Below, piece by piece: positions 43,400-52,566 of a DNA stretch of 64,000 bases. Where the stretch lies: NCBI GenBank assembly GCA_036506975.1, contig DASXQW010000384.1, forward strand, positions 125 through 64,124. Reading direction: 5' to 3'. The number at the start of each line of letters is the position of its first letter. The stretch's first letter is position 1. Under the pieces are notes generated by a model. It searched no databases. It saw only the letters and a list, made by a program, of their open reading frames with translations, and was not told the DNA's origin. This DNA comes from Casimicrobiaceae bacterium (GTDB lineage: Bacteria > Pseudomonadota > Gammaproteobacteria > Burkholderiales > Casimicrobiaceae). The position numbers and the translations under genes were made by a program.

Positions 43400-44763
43400 A
43401 GACCACCACACGTCCTTTTCGCCGCATCCTCGTCGCGAACCGCGGCGAAATCGCTCTTCGGATCATTCGCGCCTGTCACGAGGTTGACATCGAGGCGATC
43501 CAGGCTTACTCCGAGGCTGATCGCGATTCGCTTCCGGTACGGCTCGCCGACGGCTCGATCTGCGTCGGACCGCCGCCGCCGAGCCAGAGCTACCTCAGGA
43601 TCGATGCGTTGATCGCCGCGGCGCGCATGGCGAAGGCCGACGCGATCCACCCCGGCTACGGTTTCCTCTCCGAGAACGCGGCGTTTGCCCGGGCGTGCGA
43701 CGACGCCGGCATTGTGTTCATCGGTCCGCCCGAGCGCGCGATTGCGCTGATGGGCGACAAGGTGGCTGCGCGGCGAATGGCGGCGGAGGCAGGGGTGCCC
43801 GTCACGCCGGGATCGCCGGGAACGCTTCCGCACGCCGCGGCCGCGCGCGAGGTCGCAGCCACACTCGGTTACCCGGTGCTCCTCAAGGCGGCCGCCGGTG
43901 GGGGCGGGCGCGGCATGCGGGTGGTGCACGACGAAGCGCAGCTCGCGGCGCGCTTCACCGACGCCGCACGCGAGGCGCAAGCGGCGTTCGGAGACGGCGG
44001 CCTTTACGTCGAGAAGTTTCTCGAGCGCGTCCGCCACGTGGAGATCCAGGTGCTTTCCGACGGCGAGACCGTGTTGCACCTCGGCGAGCGCGACTGCTCG
44101 ATCCAGCGCCGCAATCAGAAGCTCGTCGAGGAAAGCCCGTCACCCGCGCTCGACGACGCCATGCGCGCGCGGATGGGCGAGGCGGCGGTGCGTGTCTGCC
44201 GGCATGTCGGATATCGCAGCGCCGGCACGATCGAGTTCGTCGTCGACGCTGCGAGCGGGGCCTTCTACTTCATGGAAATGAACACGCGTGTGCAGGTCGA
44301 ACATCCGGTCACCGAACTCGTCACCGGCATCGATATCGTCAAGGCGCAGATTCGCATCGCGCAGGGCGAGCGGCTGCAGATCGCGCAGGGCGACGTGCGG
44401 CTCACCGGCCACGCGCTCGAATGCCGGATCAACGCGGAGGATGCCGCGCGCGACTTCGCGCCCTCGCCCGGCGAGGTGCGCGCGCTGCGCCTGCCCGGGG
44501 GACCCGGCATCCGCATCGACTCGCATCTGTTCGCCGGGTATCGTGTTCCGCCCTACTACGATTCGCTGCTCGCGAAGGTGATCGCCTGGGGCCGCGACCG
44601 CGACGAAGCAATCGCGCGCATGCGCCGCGCCATCGGCGAGATGCAAGTCGAAGGCGTGCACACGACGCTGGCGTTCCACGCGCGGCTGCTCGCCGACGAG
44701 CGCTTCCGCCGCGGCGACGTGCATACGCGTTTTGTCGAAGACGAGCTTGCGAGGACAGCATGA
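43396..44763 (+). CDS. Biotin carboxylase (AccC-like)
   Basis: The real start is MKTTTRPFRRILVANRGEIALRIIRAC (455 aa), with an ATGA overlap with the BCCP gene. Also KAAAGGGGRGMRVV and MEMNTRVQVEHPVTE. Confidence 0.95.
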   Translation: MKTTTRPFRRILVANRGEIALRIIRACHEVDIEAIQAYSEADRDSLPVRLADGSICVGPPPPSQSYLRIDALIAAARMAKADAIHPGYGFLSENAAFARACDDAGIVFIGPPERAIALMGDKVAARRMAAEAGVPVTPGSPGTLPHAAAAREVAATLGYPVLLKAAAGGGGRGMRVVHDEAQLAARFTDAAREAQAAFGDGGLYVEKFLERVRHVEIQVLSDGETVLHLGERDCSIQRRNQKLVEESPSPALDDAMRARMGEAAVRVCRHVGYRSAGTIEFVVDAASGAFYFMEMNTRVQVEHPVTELVTGIDIVKAQIRIAQGERLQIAQGDVRLTGHALECRINAEDAARDFAPSPGEVRALRLPGGPGIRIDSHLFAGYRVPPYYDSLLAKVIAWGRDRDEAIARMRRAIGEMQVEGVHTTLAFHARLLADERFRRGDVHTRFVEDELARTA

Positions 44764-46235
44764 AGGCACGCAACGACGCCTCCGGAAGCGCTCCGCGCTT
44801 CGATTTCATCGACGTCACGCTGCGCGATGCGCACCAGTGTCTGTGGTCGACGCGGATGACCACCGCGATGATGACGCCGATCCTCGGCGCGATCGACCGC
44901 GCCGGTTATTCGTTCATCAACATCCTCGGCGGCGCCGTGTTCGACGTGTGCGTGCGCTACCTGCAGGAGAACCCGTGGGAACGCGTCGGCCTGCTCTGCG
45001 AGCGGCTCGCCACACCGTGCGACGGCCTCACCCGCGGGCAGAGCCTGTACACATTCGAGCTCTTTCCCGACGACATCGTCGCGCTCAACTCGCACGCGCT
45101 CGCCCGTCGCGGCATCGAGGTACTGACTGTCTACGACGCGCTGAACGACAACCGCAACATCGCCTCGTCGGTGCATTCGGGGCACGAGGCGGGGATGAAG
45201 GTCAACGCGATGATGACCTACACGCTGTCGCCGGTGCACACCGACGCCTACTATGTCGATTGCACGCGCGAGTTGGTCGCGCTCGACGTCGACTTCATCT
45301 CGATCAAGGATCCGACCGGCCTGCTCACTCCCGAGCGCGGCCGCACGCTGTTCCCGGCCGTCGTGCACGCCGCGGGCGGCATTCCGCTGCAGCTGCATTC
45401 GCATTGCCAGTCGGGGCTCTCGCCCGAGGTCTACGAGATCGCGATGCAAAGCGGGTTCCGGCTCGGCTATACGGCGAGCGAGCCGCTCGCCAATGGCGCC
45501 TCGTTGCCGGCGACCGAGGACGTGCTCGCGCGTGCGCGCCGGCTCGGTTTCGCGACGTCGATGAACGACGCGGCGCTCGCCGAGATCGCGGGCTACTTCA
45601 ACTGGGTGTGCGAGCGCGAGGCCAAGCCGCGCGGCGAGATCGCCGCCTACGACCCCGCGCTCTACGAGCACCAGATCCCGGGCGGAATGATCTCGAATCT
45701 GCGTTATCAGCTGGAGACGATGAAGCTCGAACACCGGCTGCCCGAGATCCTCGAGGAGGTTGCGCGCGTGCGGCAGGACCTCGGTTACCCGATCGTCGTG
45801 AGCCCGTTCGCGCAGTACATCGTCACGCAGGCGACGCTGAACGTCGTGCAGGGCGAGCGCTACAAAACGATCCCCGACGAGATCCGCAAGTACGCGCGCG
45901 GCTACTATGGCCGGCTCGCCGCGAAACCTTCGGACGAGTTCCTCGAGCGCGCGAACATCCGCGACTCGGAGTACGTGACCGAGGCGCCTGCAGCGCACCT
46001 CGAGCCGTGGGTCCCGCGCCTTCGTGCCGAGCTCGGATCGGCGGCGGGCGATGAAGACGTCCTGCTCGCGGCGTTCTATGCTCGCAAGCTGATCGAGCCG
46101 CTGCGCAATCCGGCGCCCGAATGCCGCTTTCGCACCACGCCGCTCACCGAGCTCGTCGGCTTCCTCGCGAGACGCACCGACATCGGCTACGCGCGCATCC
46201 GTTTCGCGGGCGCCGATATGATGGTTTCGGCGTAG
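44760..46235 (+). CDS. 5S-type carboxyltransferase (DRE-TIM) without a biotinyl domain, copy 2
   Basis: Start MKARNDASG (491 aa), with an ATGA overlap with the biotin carboxylase gene. IDVTLRDAHQCLWSTRM, ISIKDPTGLL, LQLHSHC. Shares an identical run of about 40 nt (TTCGACGTGTGCGTGCGCTACCTGCAGGAGAACCCGTGGG) with copy 1. Confidence 0.85.
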   Translation: MKARNDASGSAPRFDFIDVTLRDAHQCLWSTRMTTAMMTPILGAIDRAGYSFINILGGAVFDVCVRYLQENPWERVGLLCERLATPCDGLTRGQSLYTFELFPDDIVALNSHALARRGIEVLTVYDALNDNRNIASSVHSGHEAGMKVNAMMTYTLSPVHTDAYYVDCTRELVALDVDFISIKDPTGLLTPERGRTLFPAVVHAAGGIPLQLHSHCQSGLSPEVYEIAMQSGFRLGYTASEPLANGASLPATEDVLARARRLGFATSMNDAALAEIAGYFNWVCEREAKPRGEIAAYDPALYEHQIPGGMISNLRYQLETMKLEHRLPEILEEVARVRQDLGYPIVVSPFAQYIVTQATLNVVQGERYKTIPDEIRKYARGYYGRLAAKPSDEFLERANIRDSEYVTEAPAAHLEPWVPRLRAELGSAAGDEDVLLAAFYARKLIEPLRNPAPECRFRTTPLTELVGFLARRTDIGYARIRFAGADMMVSA

Positions 46236-46245
46236 CGGTTCGCGC

Positions 46246-46968
46246 TTGGACCTCGTCACGCTGACGGCAGCGGCCACGATCGCCGGCATCGCGGGCGTCG
46301 TGCGCGGGATCACGGGCTTCGGCGGCGCGCTGGTGATGTCGCCGCCGCTCGCGCTGCTGCTCGGCCCGCGGCTCGCGGTTCCCGTCGTGCTGCTGCTCGA
46401 GTCGGTCATCGCCGCGCCGATGCTCGTGCACACGCGCCACCTCGTGCACTGGCGTGTGATCGGCGCAATCCTCGCAGCCGCCTGCGCGACGGTGCCGCTC
46501 GGCACGCTCATCCTGGTCGCCACCGATCCGCAGATCATCCGGCGCGCGATCGCGGCGACGGTGATCGTGTTCGCGTTTGTGCTGCTGCGCGGCTGGCGCT
46601 ACACGGGCCGGCCGCGGCTCGTCACGTCGGTCGGGCTCGGCGCGGCGAGCGGGGCCATGCTCGGCGCGACGAGCGTCGGCGGCCCGCCGGTGATCCTCTA
46701 TCTGCTTTCCGGTCCCGACCCCATCGAGACCACGCGCGCGAATCTCACGCTGTACGTCACCGTCACCTCGCTCGTCGGCATCGTCATGCTGTGGCGCCAT
46801 GGCGTGTTCGACGCGCGCGCCGCGTGGACCTCATTGTGGCTCGCGCCGGCCTACTACGCCGGGCTCGGCGCCGGCGTGCGCCTGTTTCCGCGCTTCAGCG
46901 ACACGCGCTTCCGGCAGCTGACGCTGTCGCTGCTGATCGGCGTGTCGATCGTGATTCTGCTCGCGTGA
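46246..46968 (+). CDS. tauE: TauE/SafE-family anion (sulfite) exporter-like permease
   Basis: 240 aa with a TTG start and 7-8 TM segments. Internal duplication with G-rich motifs (GITGFGGALV, GATSVGGPPV) typical of DUF81/TauE. Confidence 0.75.
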   Translation: MDLVTLTAAATIAGIAGVVRGITGFGGALVMSPPLALLLGPRLAVPVVLLLESVIAAPMLVHTRHLVHWRVIGAILAAACATVPLGTLILVATDPQIIRRAIAATVIVFAFVLLRGWRYTGRPRLVTSVGLGAASGAMLGATSVGGPPVILYLLSGPDPIETTRANLTLYVTVTSLVGIVMLWRHGVFDARAAWTSLWLAPAYYAGLGAGVRLFPRFSDTRFRQLTLSLLIGVSIVILLA

Positions 46969-47018
46969 TCGATGCGGCCGGCTTGCCTTATGCGCATCCG
47001 TGACGCTACATTTGTTGC

Positions 47019-47453
47019 ATGAAGGTACTGGTCACCGGCGTCATCGGTTCCGACACGCATATCGTGGGCAACCGCATTCTTTCGATGGCGCTGGAACAGG
47101 CGGGATACAAGGTCATCGCCCTGGGCGCGCTGACTCCCGCCGACGAATTCATCAAGGCGGCGGTGGAAACCAACGCCGACGCGATCATGGTGTCCTCGCT
47201 CTACGGTCAGGGCGAGCTCGACTGTCGTGGCTTCCGTGACATGTGCGTCGAAGCCGGGCTCGACCACATCCTGCTATACATAGGTGGCAATCTCGTCGTG
47301 GGCAAGCAGTCGTGGCCCGAGGTGGAAAGGCGATTCCTCGACATGGGCTTCGATCGGGCTGCGCCGCCGGGGACGAGGATCGAGACAGTGCTCGCGTGGC
47401 TCGCGCAGGATTTCGCCTCGCGCGAGCGAGCGATGCAGGGTGGCGGGGATTGA
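47019..47453 (+). CDS. glmS: Glutamate mutase (methylaspartate mutase) sigma subunit, B12-binding
   Basis: 144 aa. [18 protein letters not shown] contains the DxHxxG cobalamin His-ligand motif. Length and sequence match MutS/GlmS of clostridial glutamate mutase. Confidence 0.9.
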   Translation: MKVLVTGVIGSDTHIVGNRILSMALEQAGYKVIALGALTPADEFIKAAVETNADAIMVSSLYGQGELDCRGFRDMCVEAGLDHILLYIGGNLVVGKQSWPEVERRFLDMGFDRAAPPGTRIETVLAWLAQDFASRERAMQGGGD

Positions 47454-47457
47454 CGCG

Positions 47458-48876
47458 ATGGAGAGCGCTGCGCTTCTGATCGACTTCGGCAGCACGTACA
47501 CCAAGCTGCGCGCAGTCGATCTCGATCGGCGTCGCATCCTCGGAGCCGGTCAGGGTCCCTCGACGGTCACCTCGGATATCATGGTCGGCATGAAAGCCGC
47601 GCTGCTGGATCTGGAACGGCGCCTGGGTGGTTTGCCCCGCTTCCGGTACCGGCTCGCATCGAGCAGCGCCGCGGGCGGACTGCGGATGGTGACTGTAGGT
47701 CTGGTCCGCGAGCTCACTGCGGAGGCGGCGCGCCGCGCCGCGCTGGGTGCTGGCGCGAAACTGGTCGGCACGTTCGCGCAGCGCCTCACTCAAGGCGACG
47801 TCGGGGCCATCGTGACGCGGGCGCCGGATATCCTTTTGCTGGCGGGCGGCACTGACGGCGGCAACAGCGACGTCATCCTGCACAACGCAGCCGCGCTCGG
47901 CCGAAGCGCCCTCTCGTGCCCGATCGTGCTCGCCGGCAACCGCAGCGCGACCGACGCCGCGCTGGCGCTGCTCGCGGGCAAGGACGTCATCGTGACCGAG
48001 AACGTCATGCCGGAGTTCAACGTCCTCAACATCGAGCCCGCGCGCGCGGCGATTCGCCAGGTGTTCATCGACCGCATCGTGCACGCCAAGGGCATCGACC
48101 GGGCGCAGGCCGAGTTCGATCAGATGCTGATGCCTACGCCCGCGGCCGTGTTGGAAGGAGCGCGGCTGCTCGCCGACGGCTGCGAAGGCGTGTCAGGCCT
48201 CGGGCCGCTGCTGGTGATCGATCCGGGCGGCGCAACCACCGACGTGCACTCGATAACAAGCGGCGAACCGTCGCTGCCCGGGGTCATCGTCCAGGGGCTG
48301 CCCGAGCCACGCGTCAAGCGCAGCGTCGAGGGCGACCTCGGCATGCGCCACAACGCGGCCAATATCGTGGAGGTTGCCGGGCTCGAAGCGATTGCAGCCG
48401 ATGCCGGGCTCGCGCCGGCGCGGGTCGCTGTCTTGGTCGCGGAGATCGCGCAGGATGTGGAACGCCTGCCACGGGCGACCGAGGAGATCGCGCTCGATCA
48501 GGCGCTGGCGCGGGCTGCGGTCGCTCAGGCGGTGATGCGGCACTGCGGCACGGTGGAAACGATTTACACGGTCGTGGGACCGGTCAGCGTGCAGCACGGC
48601 AAGGACTTGTCGATGGTCGGCACGGTCATCGGCACGGGCGGCGCTCTCGTACACAGCAGTGACCCGAAAGCGGTGCTGGCGATGGCGCTGGCCGAACCCT
48701 CGGCGCCGCAGTCGCTGCGACCCAGACGACCGAAGCTGTTGCTCGACCGCGGCTATCTGCTCTATGCCTGCGGCCTGCTCGGCGCCGTCGATCCCCCTGC
48801 CGCGCTCGGCCTCGCCTTGGCGAACCTCGAGCCGCTCGATGCGGAGCAAGCCCTTGAACGCACCCGCATCGCCTGA
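47458..48876 (+). CDS. glmL: Glutamate mutase accessory/reactivating protein (MutL/GlmL)
   Basis: The real start is MESAALLIDFGSTYTKLRAVDL (472 aa). Also SSSAAGGLRMVTVGLVRELTAEAARRAALGAGAK, LLAGGTDGGN, IDPGGATTDVHS. Strong resemblance to the remembered MutL sequence. Confidence 0.85.
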   Translation: MESAALLIDFGSTYTKLRAVDLDRRRILGAGQGPSTVTSDIMVGMKAALLDLERRLGGLPRFRYRLASSSAAGGLRMVTVGLVRELTAEAARRAALGAGAKLVGTFAQRLTQGDVGAIVTRAPDILLLAGGTDGGNSDVILHNAAALGRSALSCPIVLAGNRSATDAALALLAGKDVIVTENVMPEFNVLNIEPARAAIRQVFIDRIVHAKGIDRAQAEFDQMLMPTPAAVLEGARLLADGCEGVSGLGPLLVIDPGGATTDVHSITSGEPSLPGVIVQGLPEPRVKRSVEGDLGMRHNAANIVEVAGLEAIAADAGLAPARVAVLVAEIAQDVERLPRATEEIALDQALARAAVAQAVMRHCGTVETIYTVVGPVSVQHGKDLSMVGTVIGTGGALVHSSDPKAVLAMALAEPSAPQSLRPRRPKLLLDRGYLLYACGLLGAVDPPAALGLALANLEPLDAEQALERTRIA

Positions 48877-50350
48877 AGCTACCCGTACGCCGCTCTCCGA
48901 GGATCGCATCCCGGACGACGTGTTCGCCGTGATGCGCCGGGAGAATCTGGCGCGCTGGCCTTCAGGCGCCGCGGTCGATTTCGATGCCGCCGTCGACCTG
49001 CAGCGCGAGCTTCCGCGGCACAAGCAGCTCGGCTGGACGATGCGCCGTGCAGTCGCCGAGCGGCGCTGCCTGACGCAGCCGCGCGGCGGCTTCGCGACCT
49101 TCGAAATGCAGCGGGCGCTGATGGTGACGCTCGATCGCGAAGGGCTCGCCGACATCGTGCCGACCACCACCGACAGCTACACCCGCAACGAGCAGTGGCA
49201 GCTCGCGCAGAAGGGAGTCGAGGAGTCGGAGCGCGCCGGCCGTTCGATGCTCAACGGCTATCCGATCGTCAATTACGGGGTCGACTGCGCGCGCCAGCTC
49301 ATCGCCGCGATCGACAAGCCCGCGATCATGCTGACCGGCACGACGATGCCGAAGCTCACCAGCGAGATTGCCTTTGCCGGCGGCTACTCCGGGTATCTCG
49401 GGTCCGGCATCGCCTATACGACCTCGTATATCAAGGAGCTCTCGATCGAGGACGGGATCCGCAATTACCAGTATCTGGATCGCCTGGCCGCGCTCTACGG
49501 CGAGCACGGCGTCGAGCTGCACCGACGCCAGCCGGGTTTTCTCACCGGGACCAATATCCCTCCCTGCATCGCGATTGCCACGTGCGTCCTCGACTGCCTG
49601 CTCGCGGCGGCGCAAGGCGTCAAGAATTACGGCCTAGAGATGGGCGAGACGCTGCACCTCATCCAGGACGCCGCGGCCGTTGCGGCGTGCGGCGAGCTCG
49701 CCCAGGAGTATCTCGCCACAAAGGGCTACCACGACGTCTTCACCGCGGTGACGCTGCTGCATTGGATGAGCGCGTGGCCGCAGGACGACGCCCAGGCGGC
49801 GGCGCTGATCAGCTACGGCGGCACGCTCGCGGCGATCAGCGGCGCGGCGAGCGTGACCACCAAGAGCACTCACGAGGCGTTCGGCATCCCGACGCCGCAA
49901 GCCAATGCCGAAGGGCTGCGGATGACGCGCATGGCGATCTATCTCGCGCGCAACATCCGGCTCGACGGGCTGCCCGCGTACGAGCAGGAAAAAGCGCTGA
50001 TCGGGCGCGAGGTGCGCGCGATCGTCGACAAGGTCCTCGAGATGGGCGACGGCGATGTCGCCGTCGGCGCCGTGCGCGCGTTCGAGGCGGGGGTGCTCGA
50101 TGTTCCCTGGTCGCCGAATCGCCACTGTCGGAGCCGAGTCCTGCCGGCGCGCGATGTCGACGGTTACCTGCGCATCCTCGATCCGGGGCTGATGCCGTTT
50201 CCACGCGACATCATGGAGCTGCACGCCGAGCGACTGCGTAAACGCGCCGAGCGTGACAAGATCGCCTTCGGTCCGGACCTCGCGGTGAGCAGCGTGTACG
50301 AGATTGGGGAGCCCATCGGCAAGCTCCTGCCCGACAACTGGGCGCGCTAG
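48839..50350 (+). CDS. glmE: Glutamate mutase (methylaspartate mutase) epsilon subunit
   Basis: TQPRGGFATFE, TTDSYTRNEQW, ERAGRSMLNGYPIVNYGV and TKSTHEAFGIPT parallel the clostridial GlmE. The ATG 48839 start (38-nt overlap with glmL) is the only in-frame ATG upstream of the conserved N-terminus. Confidence 0.9.
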   Translation: MRSKPLNAPASPEATRTPLSEDRIPDDVFAVMRRENLARWPSGAAVDFDAAVDLQRELPRHKQLGWTMRRAVAERRCLTQPRGGFATFEMQRALMVTLDREGLADIVPTTTDSYTRNEQWQLAQKGVEESERAGRSMLNGYPIVNYGVDCARQLIAAIDKPAIMLTGTTMPKLTSEIAFAGGYSGYLGSGIAYTTSYIKELSIEDGIRNYQYLDRLAALYGEHGVELHRRQPGFLTGTNIPPCIAIATCVLDCLLAAAQGVKNYGLEMGETLHLIQDAAAVAACGELAQEYLATKGYHDVFTAVTLLHWMSAWPQDDAQAAALISYGGTLAAISGAASVTTKSTHEAFGIPTPQANAEGLRMTRMAIYLARNIRLDGLPAYEQEKALIGREVRAIVDKVLEMGDGDVAVGAVRAFEAGVLDVPWSPNRHCRSRVLPARDVDGYLRILDPGLMPFPRDIMELHAERLRKRAERDKIAFGPDLAVSSVYEIGEPIGKLLPDNWAR

Positions 50351-50393
50351 GAGCCGACCGCGCCCATCGTTCGGGACGCGACATCATCCGCGC

Positions 50394-51515
50394 ATGCAGC
50401 ACCTCGACAAGGTCACGGTATACCGCCTGCGCGTGCCGCTGGTAAGGCCGTATCGTCTGGCGTTCGGGGCGGTCGAACATTACGACACGATCGTCGTGGA
50501 GGCCATGCGCCCTGATGGGCAGCGGGGGTTCGGCGAGGCGACCGTGCTTACCGGCTACACCGATGAAACCATCGAGGATAGCTGGAGCGTCGCCCGTGAG
50601 TTCGCAGCCGAGCTGGCGGGTGTCGGCTGCGACAGCGCGGCCATCAAGGTAGCGCAGCTCGGGCTGAAGTTCCCGTTCACCGCGACGGCCTTCGGCACGG
50701 CGCTCGAGATGCTGGCGGGTAGCGAGACGCTCAAGGTCGGCGCCGGAACACGCGTTCCGCTGGTCGGGCTGCTGCACACCGAAGACGAGGGCGCGATGGC
50801 GGCCGAGTTCGAGCGGCTGCTCTGCGAGGGCTACCGGACGATCAAGGTGAAGGTCGGCTTCGACGTCGGCGCCGATCTGCGCCGCGTGCACCGCGTGCAG
50901 CGCGTCGCGGCAGGGCGCGCCCGGATTCGCATCGACGCCAACCAGGGGTACACGGCAGACGAAGGTCGTGCGTTCGCGACCGCGCTCGATCCGGCCGGCA
51001 TCGAGCTCTTCGAGCAGCCTTGCGCAGCGGGAGACTGGGACGCGCACCTGGCCGTGGCTCGCGCCTCGCCGGTGCCGATGATGCTCGACGAATCGATCTA
51101 CGGGCTGGCCGACATCGAGAAGGCCGCGGCGCTCCGCGCGGCGAGCTACATCAAGGTCAAGCTCATGAAGCTGGTGACGCTCGAGCGCCTGACCCAGGCG
51201 ATCGAGCGCATCGCCGCGCTGGGGATGCGGGCGGTGCTGGGCAACGGGGTCGCGTGCGATCTCGGCTGCTGGATGGAAGCGTGCGTCGCCGCGCGCCACA
51301 TCGACAACGCGGGCGAAATGAATGGCTTCTTGAAGGCGCGCTCCGGGCTCCTGACCGACGAGCTCGCAGTCGCCGGGGGCGCGATCGCGCTCAGCTCCGA
51401 CTTCGCGCCGCAGCTCGATCCGCAAGCGCTTGAGCGCTATCGCGTCGATTCCGTCAGTGGGGCGGCGCCCCCTGCACGCACCGCCGCAGCATGGACCGGG
51501 CCGGCGAGCGAATGA
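50394..51515 (+). CDS. Enolase-superfamily enzyme, MLE subgroup (dipeptide-epimerase/racemase-like); not methylaspartate ammonia-lyase
   Basis: 373 aa. KxK motif TIKVKVG. Metal-ligand contexts RIDANQGY, ELFEQP, MLDESI. Second catalytic Lys in YIKVKLMK. Confidence 0.85.
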   Translation: MQHLDKVTVYRLRVPLVRPYRLAFGAVEHYDTIVVEAMRPDGQRGFGEATVLTGYTDETIEDSWSVAREFAAELAGVGCDSAAIKVAQLGLKFPFTATAFGTALEMLAGSETLKVGAGTRVPLVGLLHTEDEGAMAAEFERLLCEGYRTIKVKVGFDVGADLRRVHRVQRVAAGRARIRIDANQGYTADEGRAFATALDPAGIELFEQPCAAGDWDAHLAVARASPVPMMLDESIYGLADIEKAAALRAASYIKVKLMKLVTLERLTQAIERIAALGMRAVLGNGVACDLGCWMEACVAARHIDNAGEMNGFLKARSGLLTDELAVAGGAIALSSDFAPQLDPQALERYRVDSVSGAAPPARTAAAWTGPASE

Positions 51516-52498
51516 AGGCGATCGCCATCGCCCGATTCGGTGGCCCCGAGGTCCTTAAGCTGATCGAGGTCCCTGACCCCGTCCCAGCCGCGGGTGAAGC
51601 GCTGGTGGCGCTCGAATACGCCGGCGTCAACTTCATCGATGTGTACATGCGCAGTGGCCACTATGCGCGCTCACACACGTATCGGACGGCTCTGCCGATG
51701 ACGATAGGTATGGAAGGTGGCGGTACGGTCGCAGCGCTGGGCGAAGGCGTGGCCGAGCTTGCCGTAGGCGATCGCGTCGCCTACTGCATCGTCCGCGGGA
51801 GCTATGCGCAATCCGCGGCCGTGCCGGCATGGCGGCTGGTCAAGATCCCGCCGCAAATACCGACGCCGGCGGCAACGGCGTTGATGTTGCAGGGTCTCAC
51901 CGCGCACTACCTGAGCCACTCCGCCTATGTGCTGGGACCGGGAAAGAGTTGCCTCGTGCATGCGGGAGCGGGTGGCGTGGGACAGCTTCTGATCCAGCTC
52001 GCCAAGCTGCGCGGCGCGACGGTTTTCGCCACCGTCGGCAGCGACGAAAAGGCTGTCGTCGCCCGGCAGCGCGGCGCCGACCATGTCATCCTTTACCGCG
52101 ACCAGGACTTTCGCGATGAGTTGATGCGCATCACCGGAGGCAAAGGCGTTGATGTCGTCTATGACGCGGTGGGAAAGGACACGATTGCACGCAGCGTCCG
52201 CTGCCTCGCCCGACGCGGCTTGTGCGTAAACTTCGGCGGCGCCTCCGGTCTGGTGCAGACCATCGACCCGCTGGAGCTGGCCGAGGCGGGGTCGGTGTTC
52301 TTTACGCGACCGCATCTTGCGGATTACATTGCCACACGTGCGCAACTGGTCGATCGCGCGGCCGACCTTTTTGCCGCGTACACCGCCGGCAAGCTCACCG
52401 TGACCATCGACTGCGAGTTTCCGCTCGAAGCCGCCGAAGAGGCGCATCGCCGTCTCGAAGGCCGCAGCACCCAGGGCAAACTGCTATTGCGAGTTTGA
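51512..52498 (+). CDS. MDR-family NAD(P)H:quinone oxidoreductase-like protein (zinc-free)
   Basis: 328 aa. ATGA overlap with the enolase gene. Rossmann motif VHAGAGGVGQLLIQLAK. C-terminal GRSTQGKLLL. Confidence 0.85.
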   Translation: MKAIAIARFGGPEVLKLIEVPDPVPAAGEALVALEYAGVNFIDVYMRSGHYARSHTYRTALPMTIGMEGGGTVAALGEGVAELAVGDRVAYCIVRGSYAQSAAVPAWRLVKIPPQIPTPAATALMLQGLTAHYLSHSAYVLGPGKSCLVHAGAGGVGQLLIQLAKLRGATVFATVGSDEKAVVARQRGADHVILYRDQDFRDELMRITGGKGVDVVYDAVGKDTIARSVRCLARRGLCVNFGGASGLVQTIDPLELAEAGSVFFTRPHLADYIATRAQLVDRAADLFAAYTAGKLTVTIDCEFPLEAAEEAHRRLEGRSTQGKLLLRV

Positions 52499-52566
52499 TT
52501 CGCGTCGAGTGCTTACCAAGAAAGCGCATCGGCGTTCGGAGACGATCACAGCCAAGGAGGTTCACG

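Noticed and set aside
46969-47018. Cobalamin riboswitch upstream of the B12-dependent glutamate mutase genes.
   Set aside because: The spacer is only 50 nt, far too short for a cobalamin riboswitch aptamer, and no B12-box-like sequence was seen.
50394-51515. Calling this ORF methylaspartate ammonia-lyase because it follows glutamate mutase.
   Set aside because: The sequence shows MLE-subgroup hallmarks (KVKVG; IKVKLMK; DANQGY/FEQP/LDES) and resembles dipeptide epimerases. It does not resemble the remembered MAL sequence or length pattern.
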